Assembly: GCA_963754245.1 (NCBI GenBank)
Contig: CAVWET010000002.1
Span: forward strand, 178,318 to 242,317
Length of the DNA stretch: 64,000 nucleotides
Source of the DNA: an uncultured Alphaproteobacteria bacterium
GTDB taxonomy: Bacteria; Pseudomonadota; Alphaproteobacteria; Sphingomonadales; Sphingomonadaceae
Direction of reading: 5' to 3'
Of the stretch, positions 1-8,679 are shown piece after piece. Positions within the stretch are counted from its first letter, which is position 1. Each line of letters starts with the position of its first letter. The translations under genes and the position numbers were made by a program. The notes beneath the pieces were generated by a model, which saw only the letters and a list, made by a program, of their open reading frames with translations, did no database searches and had not been told where the DNA came from.

Positions 1-1361
1 TAGCGCAAGGCCGAGTTCAGTCGGAGGCCGTCGTCCTGCGGCGCAAGCTCCGAGGCGTAATGAAGGCCATCGACGGCGTTGGCGGTCGGCCGCACCCGTT
101 CTGCAACGTAAGCCTGATAGAATTCTACCAGCGGTTCGGGGTCCTCGGTGTCCAGCTTGTTGGCTGCGATGAACAGCGTTCGCGCCTGCTGGAAAGCGGC
201 GCGCTTTTGGTCGCCGCTGAGCTTCTCCGCTCGGCCCGCGATCGCACGCCCTTTGAAGATGAGTGCTTTGGTGTCGCGAGGATTCGCCTTCAAAGCCCGA
301 TCTGCTGCGGCTTCGGAGGCGTCGAAGTGTCCGGCATCGATCTCCGCTTCGGCAAGCTCAAGTTCGACAAGCTCGTCGCCGGGATACTGAGCCTCAACGG
401 CGCGAACCTTAGCGGCCAGAGGCTCGGCAGTTTTCTCATTGACGCCTCGTTTCGACTGCGTGCGCAACATGATCACCCTCGCGCCGCCCGGGGTGAGCGG
501 ACGGACGTCAATGCGGGTCGTCTGAAACTTCGAAGCGGGGAGACGCAGATAAGCGAGCATCTTGCGGTTCAAATATGAATTGAGCTCCCGATCCAGCTGC
601 TTGAGATCGCCGAAGGCGCTCTGCGCCGCTGCGAGCGGCGGGGTACCCTTCGACATCATGTCGACGTAGCGCTCCAGCTGGCCGGCCCGCGATTTCTCGA
701 ACGTGAGGTAATGAACGAGCAGCCAACCGCGCCCGTAGATGGATTCACGCTGCTCAGGGGTAATCTTCGTATAATTGCCGCTGAGCATGGTGGCGAGTGG
801 CAGACGATCGCCGCCGAACAAGCCCCATGCGCGGTGATTGGCTGGCGCTCCGATCCCAATGTCGCCGTTCTTTTCGAACCGCACCGTCGACATGAACTCC
901 GCAAATCCCTCGACGACCCATTCAGGTAGCGGCCTGTCGATGATCTGGAACATCAGGTGATGTGCATATTCGTGGAAGAAGATGATGTCCGCGTTCATCG
1001 ATCCTTCGCCTTCGTAGTCGGTTTTTCGCGGAACGAAGACGTAGGAGCCGGATGCCCGGCCTTCGTAGAAGCCCTCGATGAAACGGTCATTGCCGACGAG
1101 CTGCTGGACCGCCGCAACGTTTGGAAGGACGAAAACCGTCAGACGGTTGCCTTGGCCGACGGGCGGGTCCTCCATCCCACGAATGAGCCGCACGGCTTGA
1201 TCGAACCGCTCGAGACGGTCCGCGAAGTCAGTGAGCTCCTTTGGACTCTCGTCCGCGTAGATGACGAAATGCTTGGAAGTGGCCTCGTTCCAAGCGGCGC
1301 GCGCCTGTGTTCCAGCCGCGGCGAGGATCGCAGCGACGCATCCGTTGACCAGCTTACGCAT
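1..1361 (-). CDS. Secreted HExxH (MA-clan-like) metallopeptidase-like protein with helical-repeat (TPR-like) C-terminal region; 3' end lies beyond the window
   Basis: Absent from the ORF track because it runs off the window edge. Manual reverse-complement translation from ATG 1361..1359 reads continuously: MRKLVNGCVAAILAAAGTQARA (signal peptide) ... ADIIFFHEYAHHLMF (HExxH) ... ALKANPRDTKALIFKGRAIA (repeat-like). Confidence 0.6.
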   Translation of the reverse strand, partial: MRKLVNGCVAAILAAAGTQARAAWNEATSKHFVIYADESPKELTDFADRLERFDQAVRLIRGMEDPPVGQGNRLTVFVLPNVAAVQQLVGNDRFIEGFYEGRASGSYVFVPRKTDYEGEGSMNADIIFFHEYAHHLMFQIIDRPLPEWVVEGFAEFMSTVRFEKNGDIGIGAPANHRAWGLFGGDRLPLATMLSGNYTKITPEQRESIYGRGWLLVHYLTFEKSRAGQLERYVDMMSKGTPPLAAAQSAFGDLKQLDRELNSYLNRKMLAYLRLPASKFQTTRIDVRPLTPGGARVIMLRTQSKRGVNEKTAEPLAAKVRAVEAQYPGDELVELELAEAEIDAGHFDASEAAADRALKANPRDTKALIFKGRAIAGRAEKLSGDQKRAAFQQARTLFIAANKLDTEDPEPLVEFYQAYVAERVRPTANAVDGLHYASELAPQDDGLRLNSALR

Positions 1362-1434
1362 GAGCCCCCCTAACTCGGCGTTGGGAAGCTAACAGCTGGA
1401 TGAGAGGGCGCAAGCTCTTCGGTAGACGCGCTTT

Positions 1435-3629
1435 TTAGAGGAAGCTGTATGGGTCCACGTCGACGCTGACGCGGACCTTCGGGCCCCACTCGACCTCGGC
1501 CAGCCACTCGCGGATCACATCTTGGACGTCGAGGCTGCGGCGAGCATGGACGAGGAGGCGTTGGCGATGGCGCCCGCGCAACATGGATAGAGGAGCGGGT
1601 GCAGGACCGAAGACGGCCATACTCTCGACCGTTGGAGCAGCGCTGCCGATGCGTCGAGCAACACTTTCGGCTTCGCGGGCGTCTTCGGCGGAAATGATGA
1701 TTGCAGCGAGCCTGCCAAATGGCGGCATCGCAGCCTCGCGGCGCGAATCGGTCTCGGCGGCGTAGAAGCCCGGGGCATCGCCGGATACCAATGCGGCAAT
1801 CACCGGTGCTTCGGGATCATGGGTCTGAACCAACACACGCCCCGGCTTGTCGCCCCGACCTGCGCGGCCCGCTACCTGTTGGATCTGCTGGAAGCTGCGT
1901 TCGGCCGCGCGGAGGTCGCCACCGGCGAGTCCAAGGTCCGCATCGACTACCCCGACCAGCGTCAAGTTCGGGAAGTGATAGCCCTTGGTGACCAACTGCG
2001 TGCCGACGACGATGTCGATCTCGGCGCGTTCCATCGCTCCGACAAACTCCGCGGCGCGCTGGGGTGACCAGATCGTGTCCGAGGTCACGATCGCGGTGCG
2101 CGCTTCGGGAAATAGCTCAGCGACCTCGTCGGCGATGCGCTCCACGCCAGGTCCGCAGGCGACCAGGCTGTCTTCCTCGCCGCATTCCGGGCAGGCCTTG
2201 GGCGGGGGCATGACGTGTCCGCAGTGATGGCAGGCGAGCCGCCGGATCAGGCGGTGCTCGACCATCCACGCCGTGCAGTTCGGGCATTGGAAGCGGTGGC
2301 CGCAGTGGCGGCACAGGGTCAGAGGCGCGAATCCCGGCGGTTCAGGAAGAGCAAGGATTGTTCCCCGCGCTCGAGATTCGACTCAAGCTCCTGCACCAGT
2401 TCCGGGGCGAGCCAGTGGCCGCGCGGCGGCGGGTCCCGTGTGAGGTCGATCGCGCGGATCTCCGGCATCGATGCTCCGGCGAAGCGCTGGGGCAATGCGA
2501 CTTCTCGGTAGCGCCCAAGCTCGACCATGTGCCGGCTTTCGATCGGCGGAGTTGCCGTCGACAGAATGACGGGGATCTCCTCGAACAACGCGCGCATCAC
2601 GGCCGTGTCCCGAGCGTGATACTGGACTCCGTCTTCCTGTTTGAACGAAGGCTCGTGCGCCTCGTCGACGACGATCAGGCCCAGGCTTGAATAGGGCAGG
2701 AAAAGTGCCGAGCGCGCTCCCACCGTGACCTTGGCTTCGCCGCTGGCGATTGCGCGCCAGGCCCGGCGGCGCTCTGAGGAGCGAAGTCCGGAGTGCCAAG
2801 CGACGGGCGCACAGCCGAACCGGGCTTCGAAGCGTTTCAGGAAAGGCTCGGTGAGTGCGATCTCCGGAAGGAGGACGAGCGCCTGCTTTCCCTGGCGCAG
2901 GCATTCGGCAATTGCTTCGAAATAGACTTCCGTCTTGCCCGATCCTGTAACACCGTCGAGTAGGATCGGGTCGAAACCCTTCTCAACTGCGCTCGCCAGG
3001 CTCTCGGCGGCACAGCGTTGATCGTCATTGAGGTCTGGCGGCGCGAAATCAGGATCGGGGCAGGCGAGGGGGCGGTCCGCGTCGACGGCGACCGCTTCCA
3101 GAGCGCCGGCATTGACGAGACCGCGCATGACCGTGTCGCTGACCTCAGCATGATCGGCCAGTTCCCGGATCGTGCCTTGCCGGCCTTGCAATGCAGCAAG
3201 CGCCTTGTCCCGCTGCGGAGTGAGGCGATCGGGAACGACTCCCGTCGGCCGATACTCCGTCAGCTGTCGGGGGCCATCGAGCGCGGCGGATGACGGAAGC
3301 ACCATCCGCAACACGGAAGCCAGCGGCGAGAGATAATAGTCCGCTGTCCATTCGCATAAACGGCGAAGGGGCTCCGCAATGGGCGCGACGTCGAGCACGC
3401 CAGCCAGCGGACGAAGCCTGGCGTCTGGCACTTCATTTGTCCGGAGACGTTCCGGGTCCCAGGCCACACCTAGCAGTTGGCGAGGTCCCAAGGGCGCAAC
3501 GACGATCGAGCCCGGCTCGACGGCCATGTCCTCGGGCACCCGATAATCGAGCGGCCCGAGCGCGGCGTTCAGGGTGACGACACGGGCGCGCTTCATTGCT
3601 AGTGCAGATGCGGGCTGCGGGAACGTCAA
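1435..3629 (-). pseudogene. priA: Primosomal replication protein N' (PriA helicase), frameshifted as sequenced
   Basis: ORF 2319..3629 carries the N-terminus and Walker A (LLDGVTGSGKTEVYFEAI). ORF 1435..2265 carries the Cys-rich zinc region (CHHCGH..CPECG) and the helicase C-terminus. The junction reads LFLNRR|DSRL* in one frame and continues APLTLCRHCGHRFQCPNCTAWMVEHR in the neighbouring frame. This is a 1-nt indel near the C-run at 2333..2335. Confidence 0.9.
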
Positions 3630-3645
3630 GCAAGAGGACGTTCGA

Positions 3646-3948
3646 ATGATTGCACGACGCTGGCACGGCCGGATCGCCGCATCCGGGGCCGAGGAATATC
3701 TGCAGCTGATGAAGGACGTGGGCCTTGCCGACTATCGCTCAATCCAGGGCAATCGTGGCGCCTGGTGCCTGCATCGGTTGGACGGCGACGTCGTCCACGT
3801 CGAGATGTTCACGCTATGGGATGACCTTGAAGCGATCGGCCGTTTCGCGGGCCGCGAGCTCACGAAGGCCAAATATTACGAGTTCGATCCCGAGTTTCTG
3901 CTCGAGCTCGAACCAGAGGTTATCCACTTCGAGGTGATCGAACCCTAG
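3646..3948 (+). CDS. Small cytoplasmic protein, possibly ABM / dimeric alpha-beta-barrel-like
   Basis: ATG at 3646 is preceded by AAGAGGA. The 100-aa product is [24 protein letters not shown]...; the family assignment is tentative. Its stop overlaps the purC stop in a CTAG palindrome. Confidence 0.45.
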   Translation: MIARRWHGRIAASGAEEYLQLMKDVGLADYRSIQGNRGAWCLHRLDGDVVHVEMFTLWDDLEAIGRFAGRELTKAKYYEFDPEFLLELEPEVIHFEVIEP

Positions 3949-4742
3949 CGCCCGCGCTTCTTGCGGTGGCTGTCGAGGTCCAGCACCGCGGATTCTTCCT
4001 CCGGCTGCAAGAGGCCGAGCCGCCGCGCGACTTCCTGATAGGCCTCCTCGACGCCGCCGAGATCCTGACGGAAGCGGTCCTTATCGAGCTTCTGGTTGGT
4101 CTTGATGTCCCACAGCCGGCAGCCGTCCGGGCTGATCTCGTCGGCCAAGATGACACGCGCGTAATCGCCGTCCCACGCGCGGCCGAATTCCAGCTTGAAG
4201 TCGATCAGCCGGATACCGATCGCAGCGAACATGCCCGACAGGAAGTCGTTTACGCGGATCGCCATGTCGGCGATGTCGTTCATCTCGTCCTGCGTCGCCC
4301 AGCCGAAGCAGGCGATATGCTCGTCCGCGATCATCGGGTCGCCGAGCGCGTCGTCCTTGTAGTAATATTCGATGATGGTCCGCGGTAGCTGCGTGCCTTC
4401 CTCTATGCCCAGGCGCTTGGAAAGCGAGCCGGCCGCGACATTGCGGACCACGACCTCGATCGGAATGATCTCGACCTGACGGATCAGCTGCTCGCGCATG
4501 TTCAGGCGACGAATGAAATGCGTGGGAACGCCGATCGCTGCCAACGACGTGAAGATGTGTTCGGAAATGCGGTTGTTGATGACGCCCTTGCCGCTGATCG
4601 TGCCGCGCTTCTGAGCGTTGAACGCCGTGGCGTCGTCCTTGAAATATTGGATGAGCGTGCCCGGCTCTGGACCCTCGTAGAGGATCTTGGCTTTGCCCTC
4701 ATAGATTTGGCGGCGACGGGCCACGGTCGATCGTTGCTCCAA
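3945..4742 (-). CDS. purC: Phosphoribosylaminoimidazole-succinocarboxamide (SAICAR) synthase
   Basis: [34 protein letters not shown] and later conserved blocks are typical of PurC. The true start may be the internal GTG near 4724. Confidence 0.93.
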   Translation of the reverse strand: MEQRSTVARRRQIYEGKAKILYEGPEPGTLIQYFKDDATAFNAQKRGTISGKGVINNRISEHIFTSLAAIGVPTHFIRRLNMREQLIRQVEIIPIEVVVRNVAAGSLSKRLGIEEGTQLPRTIIEYYYKDDALGDPMIADEHIACFGWATQDEMNDIADMAIRVNDFLSGMFAAIGIRLIDFKLEFGRAWDGDYARVILADEISPDGCRLWDIKTNQKLDKDRFRQDLGGVEEAYQEVARRLGLLQPEEESAVLDLDSHRKKRGR

Positions 4743-4810
4743 TGGGAGAAGGAGCCGCGGCTATAAGCGAGGAGCGCGGTGCGTGCTAGTCCGCACTCCT
4801 CAGGGGAAGT

Positions 4811-4993
4811 TCAATTGCAGCGGGCACGAGTTGGCTTTGCTGCCCAAGGTGCCTGATATTCGATTTTGACCAGTATTTCGAAAGAGTTGGCGACGGCGCG
4901 GCCGAGGCGTCCGAAGGTGCTGGCCAGAGTCTTGTTCAGTTCGCTGCGGCCCGCCTGATAGTGGCGGTCGAAAATCTCATCCACCATTTTCAA
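4811..4993 (-). CDS. Hypothetical small protein (60 aa)
   Basis: An ORF with a GAAAGGAA Shine-Dalgarno-like sequence upstream of ATG. It is second in a two-ORF unit divergent from a LysR gene. I recognise no family. Confidence 0.4.
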   Translation of the reverse strand: MKMVDEIFDRHYQAGRSELNKTLASTFGRLGRAVANSFEILVKIEYQAPWAAKPTRARCN

Positions 4994-5022
4994 TTCCTTT
5001 CTCTTTCCGGTTTCCGCTTCGC

Positions 5023-5211
5023 TCAGAGAGCAAGCGGGAAGGCGTCGATGCGATCGTTGGCTGCGTTGAGAGTCTTCTCGATCAGCTCGATGCGATGGGC
5101 TTCATCCAAGGCGCGCCACGAGCGGGCCGTTGAGCGGAGTGCGTCCGCATTGGCGACCTGCGCAACGGGGCCGTCTTCGATAAACGCACGGGTGCTAAGG
5201 CCATAAGTCAT
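5023..5211 (-). CDS. Hypothetical small protein (62 aa)
   Basis: An ORF with a strong AGGAAGGA Shine-Dalgarno sequence 7 nt upstream of ATG. It is first in the two-ORF unit divergent from the LysR gene at 5371. Confidence 0.45.
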   Translation of the reverse strand: MTYGLSTRAFIEDGPVAQVANADALRSTARSWRALDEAHRIELIEKTLNAANDRIDAFPLAL

Positions 5212-5344
5212 GGCAAGTCGTCCTTCCTTTGACTATGTGCCGCCGGCGAGGGGGCTGTAAGGGGAGGGATTTTCCTTCGCCGGCGGCCAAATGATATGTA
5301 TGATTCGCCGTCCCGTTTCGCCAATCAAACGGTTGAACGGGGGC

Positions 5345-5359
5345 ATAAACAGAGCTTAT
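5345..5359. promoter_or_regulatory. Candidate LysR-type T-N11-A box (ATAAACAGAGCTTAT)
   Basis: The dyad ATAA-N7-TTAT fits the T-N11-A architecture. It lies in the divergent intergenic region between the small-ORF pair and the LysR gene, about 12 nt upstream of the LysR start. Confidence 0.25.
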
Positions 5360-5370
5360 GAAGTGAGCTA

Positions 5371-6324
5371 ATGAGAAGGCTTCCTCCACTCGCGGCGATC
5401 CGCGCCTTCGAAGCAGCAGCGCGCACGGAGAACTTCACCGCGGCGGCTGCCGAGCTCGGCATGACGCAGGCGGCCGTGTCCTATCAGGTGAAGAGTTTGG
5501 AAGAGCGGCTGGGGGCCCCCTTGTTCATCCGCGAAAAGGGCCGAGCCCGGCTTACGCCACTCGGGGCGCGGCTTCTCCCGCCTTTGTCGAGCGCCTTCGA
5601 TTCGATCGAAGCCGCCTTCGCAAGCCATCGCGAAGAAGATGAATCGCTGCTCACGGTGACGACCACCCACACGTTCGCGAATACCTGGCTGGCCTGGCGA
5701 CTGGGCGCCTTCCAAATGGAGCATACGGACCTTGCTGTCCGAATGACGACCAGCAACGAGGTTTGCGATTTGCGGGCCGGGGATGCCGACGTCGCGATCC
5801 GGGCAGGCGGCGGCGGCTGGGAGGGAATGGAGCATCACCGGCTGTTTGAATCCCAGTTCACGCCGATGGCGAGCCCTGATTGCATCGCGGCGGTGGAGCG
5901 CAAGCTTGGACGCAGGCTCGAGCCGAATGACGTTCCCAACCAGAACATGATCAATCCGAACGACGACTGGTGGCAGCAGTGGTTCTCGGACAATGGCGTC
6001 CCGGCCGACGAGTCCGTGTTGAAGCGCCCCGGCATCCGCCTCGAAAACCAGGCGAACGAAGGCCATGCGGCGATGGCCGGCCAGGGATTCGCCTTGCTGA
6101 CACCTCTGCTCTGGAAGGGCGACGTGGCCGCGGGCCGGCTTCAGGTCCCGTTCCCTGACCGCATCTCTGCCCGGGGTTGGGCTTACTGGCTGGTTTACCC
6201 GGCCGATCGGAAGCTGACGCCGAAGATCAAGCGCTTCAAGGAATGGCTGATCTCCGAGATGGAGCGGTCGAAGGCCGACGTTTACGGCGGCTGGCCACAA
6301 ACGGCCGCGCAAGCGGCGGAATAA
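5371..6324 (+). CDS. LysR-family transcriptional regulator (GcvA-like)
   Basis: The N-terminal wHTH LPPLAAIRAFEAAARTENFTAAAAELGMTQAAVSYQVKSLEERLG is followed by a LysR substrate-binding-type C-terminus. Confidence 0.9.
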   Translation: MRRLPPLAAIRAFEAAARTENFTAAAAELGMTQAAVSYQVKSLEERLGAPLFIREKGRARLTPLGARLLPPLSSAFDSIEAAFASHREEDESLLTVTTTHTFANTWLAWRLGAFQMEHTDLAVRMTTSNEVCDLRAGDADVAIRAGGGGWEGMEHHRLFESQFTPMASPDCIAAVERKLGRRLEPNDVPNQNMINPNDDWWQQWFSDNGVPADESVLKRPGIRLENQANEGHAAMAGQGFALLTPLLWKGDVAAGRLQVPFPDRISARGWAYWLVYPADRKLTPKIKRFKEWLISEMERSKADVYGGWPQTAAQAAE

Positions 6325-6373
6325 GCTTACGGAACCGGTGGCAGGCCGCCGAGGGGCTTGCTAGGCAGTCTTC

Positions 6374-8599
6374 ATGGCTGGCTCCGATATTTCTTCCGTA
6401 ATTGAAACTCCGTTCGACGCTGCGCTCTCGGAGCGATACCTCGTCTATGCGCTTTCGACGATCACCGCTCGATCGCTTCCCGATGTCCGTGACGGGCTAA
6501 AGCCGGTCCATCGCCGGCTGCTTTGGGCCATGCGATTGCTTCGTTTGGATCCCGCCGGAGCCTACAAGAAATCGGCCCGGGTGGTCGGTGATGTCATCGG
6601 CAAATACCATCCACACGGCGACCAATCGGTATACGACGCCATGGTCCGCCTGGCCCAGGATTTCGCGCTTCGCTATCCGCTCGTCGACGGCCAGGGCAAT
6701 TTCGGGAACATCGACGGCGATAACGCCGCCGCCTACCGCTACACCGAAGCCAAGCTAACCCCCGTCGCGATGCAGCTGATGGCCGGCCTGGACGAAGGCA
6801 CGGTCGATTTCCGACCGACTTACAATGGCGAGGAAGAGGAGCCAGAAGTCTTCCCGGGACTTTTCCCCAATCTGCTGGCCAACGGAGCAAGCGGGATCGC
6901 GGTCGGCATGGCGACGTCGATCCCGCCGCACAATCTTTGTGAGTTGATCGACGCCGCGACCAACCTGATCGACAATCCGAAAATTGAGGACCGCGCCCTC
7001 CTCCAGTGGGTGAAGGGTCCTGATTTCCCGACGGGCGGCCTGCTCGTCGATGACGAAGGTACGATTGAACGCGCGTACGTGAGCGGCCGTGGTTCTTTCC
7101 GACTTCGAGCGAAAATCGAGATCGAGAAAGAGAAGGGCGGCGGCTGGCACCTGCTGGTCGCGGAGATTCCCTACGGCGTGCCAAAGGCAAAGTTGATCGA
7201 GCAGATCGCGCAGCTGATCGCCGACAAGAAACTGCCGATCCTCGCCGACGTCCGCGACGAAAGCGACGAGCAAGTGCGGCTCATTCTCGAGCCGAGGGCG
7301 CGGACGGTCGACAGCGATCTGTTGCTCGAAAGCCTTTATCGGCTGACAGACCTCGAAATTCGCTTCCCGCTCAATCTCAACGTGCTTGATGCGACGCGTA
7401 CTCCTGGAGTGATGAGCCTCAAGGAAGCGCTGGCCGGCTGGCTAGCCTTCCAATTCGAAGTGCTTGTGCGCCGAAGCCAGGTGCGGATCGGCAAGATCGA
7501 CGAGCGTCTCGAACTGCTCGAGGGGTTCCTGGTCGCATACCTCAATCTCGATCGCGTGATTGAGGTCATCCGGGCGGAGGACGAACCCAAGCCCATCATG
7601 ATGGCTGAATTCTCGCTGTCGGATCGGCAGGCTGAGGCGATCCTCAACATGCGGCTTCGGTCATTGCGACGGCTCGAGGAAATGGAGCTGGGCCGGGAGC
7701 GTGAAGCGCTGGCGAAGGAGCGCGACGAACTCGAGAAGTTGATCGAGAGCCCGGCTCGTCAGCGTACTCGACTGAAGCGAGACCTCGCTACCATCAAGGA
7801 AAAGTTCGGCGACGGTCGCCGCACGCAGATAGCGGCGGCCGCTGTTGCTCGGGAGATCGACTGGTCGGCGATGATCGAGAAGGAGCCGATCACCGTCATT
7901 CTCTCTCAGCGCGGCTGGATCCGCGCGATGAAGGGCCATGTCGCCCTTGAAGAGGTTCCGGAACTCAAGTGGCGCGAAGGTGATGGACCCTTCATCCATT
8001 TCCACGCCCAGACGACGGACCGCGTGGCGCTCTTCGCCTCGAACGGCCGGGTTTATACGCTTGTTGGCGATAAGCTCCCCGGCGCCCGTGGCTTCGGTGA
8101 GCCGGTTCGCTTGTTCATCGACCTCGAAGCCGAAGTGGACATCGTCCAGCTGTTCGTGGTGCGGCCTGAGCTCAAGCTGCTGGTTGCGTCCTCCGACGGC
8201 AGAGGCTTCGTTGCGAACGGCGATGCGACACTCGCAGAGACCCGCAAGGGCAAGCAACTGGTCAACTTGCGCCCGGGTGCCAAGGTCGCGGTCGTCCGGC
8301 CGGTACCCGAAAGTGCCGATGCGGTGGCCGTCGTCGGAGAGAATCGGAAGATGCTGATCTTCCCGCTCGCGGAACTCCCCGAGTTGGCAAGGGGGCAGGG
8401 CGTTACCTTGCAGCGCTACCGCGACGGCGGACTCTCCGACGTCCTCGCATTTCACCTGAGCGAGGGGCTCAGCTGGGCCCTTGGCGGTGAGAGCGGGCGG
8501 GTTCGTACCGAAACGGATCTCACGTCGTGGCGAGCGGCACGCGGAGCCGCCGGGCGCATGCCGCCGATCGGCTTCCCGAGAAACAATAAGTTTACGTAG
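6374..8599 (+). CDS. parC: DNA topoisomerase IV subunit A
   Basis: RSLPDVRDGLKPVHRRLLWAM and YHPHGDQSVYDAMVRLAQDF are GyrA/ParC signatures. The 741-aa length and short C-terminal domain favour ParC over GyrA. Confidence 0.9.
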   Translation: MAGSDISSVIETPFDAALSERYLVYALSTITARSLPDVRDGLKPVHRRLLWAMRLLRLDPAGAYKKSARVVGDVIGKYHPHGDQSVYDAMVRLAQDFALRYPLVDGQGNFGNIDGDNAAAYRYTEAKLTPVAMQLMAGLDEGTVDFRPTYNGEEEEPEVFPGLFPNLLANGASGIAVGMATSIPPHNLCELIDAATNLIDNPKIEDRALLQWVKGPDFPTGGLLVDDEGTIERAYVSGRGSFRLRAKIEIEKEKGGGWHLLVAEIPYGVPKAKLIEQIAQLIADKKLPILADVRDESDEQVRLILEPRARTVDSDLLLESLYRLTDLEIRFPLNLNVLDATRTPGVMSLKEALAGWLAFQFEVLVRRSQVRIGKIDERLELLEGFLVAYLNLDRVIEVIRAEDEPKPIMMAEFSLSDRQAEAILNMRLRSLRRLEEMELGREREALAKERDELEKLIESPARQRTRLKRDLATIKEKFGDGRRTQIAAAAVAREIDWSAMIEKEPITVILSQRGWIRAMKGHVALEEVPELKWREGDGPFIHFHAQTTDRVALFASNGRVYTLVGDKLPGARGFGEPVRLFIDLEAEVDIVQLFVVRPELKLLVASSDGRGFVANGDATLAETRKGKQLVNLRPGAKVAVVRPVPESADAVAVVGENRKMLIFPLAELPELARGQGVTLQRYRDGGLSDVLAFHLSEGLSWALGGESGRVRTETDLTSWRAARGAAGRMPPIGFPRNNKFT

Positions 8600-8624
8600 G
8601 TTAGAAAACCGCCGGAAACCAACC

Positions 8625-8652
8625 ATTCTCTCTCGGGAGAGCAAGAGAGAAT
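8625..8652. repeat. Inverted repeat ATTCTCTCT-N10-AGAGAGAAT downstream of parC
   Basis: A perfect 9-bp stem read directly, with no U-tract after it. It could be a terminator or processing hairpin, or an operator for the downstream GGDEF-EAL gene. Confidence 0.3.
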
Positions 8653-8679
8653 TAACCCCTCTCGTTCAAAGCCGGACCA

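Noticed and set aside
5368-6312. 314-aa ORF exactly antisense to the LysR gene
   Set aside because: Its Arg/Pro/Gly-rich translation has no motifs. The + strand encodes a clear LysR wHTH. Long antisense ORFs are expected in GC-rich DNA.
7661-8644. 327-aa antisense ORF inside parC
   Set aside because: parC on the + strand is unambiguous. The antisense product is low-complexity, so this is a GC-bias artefact.
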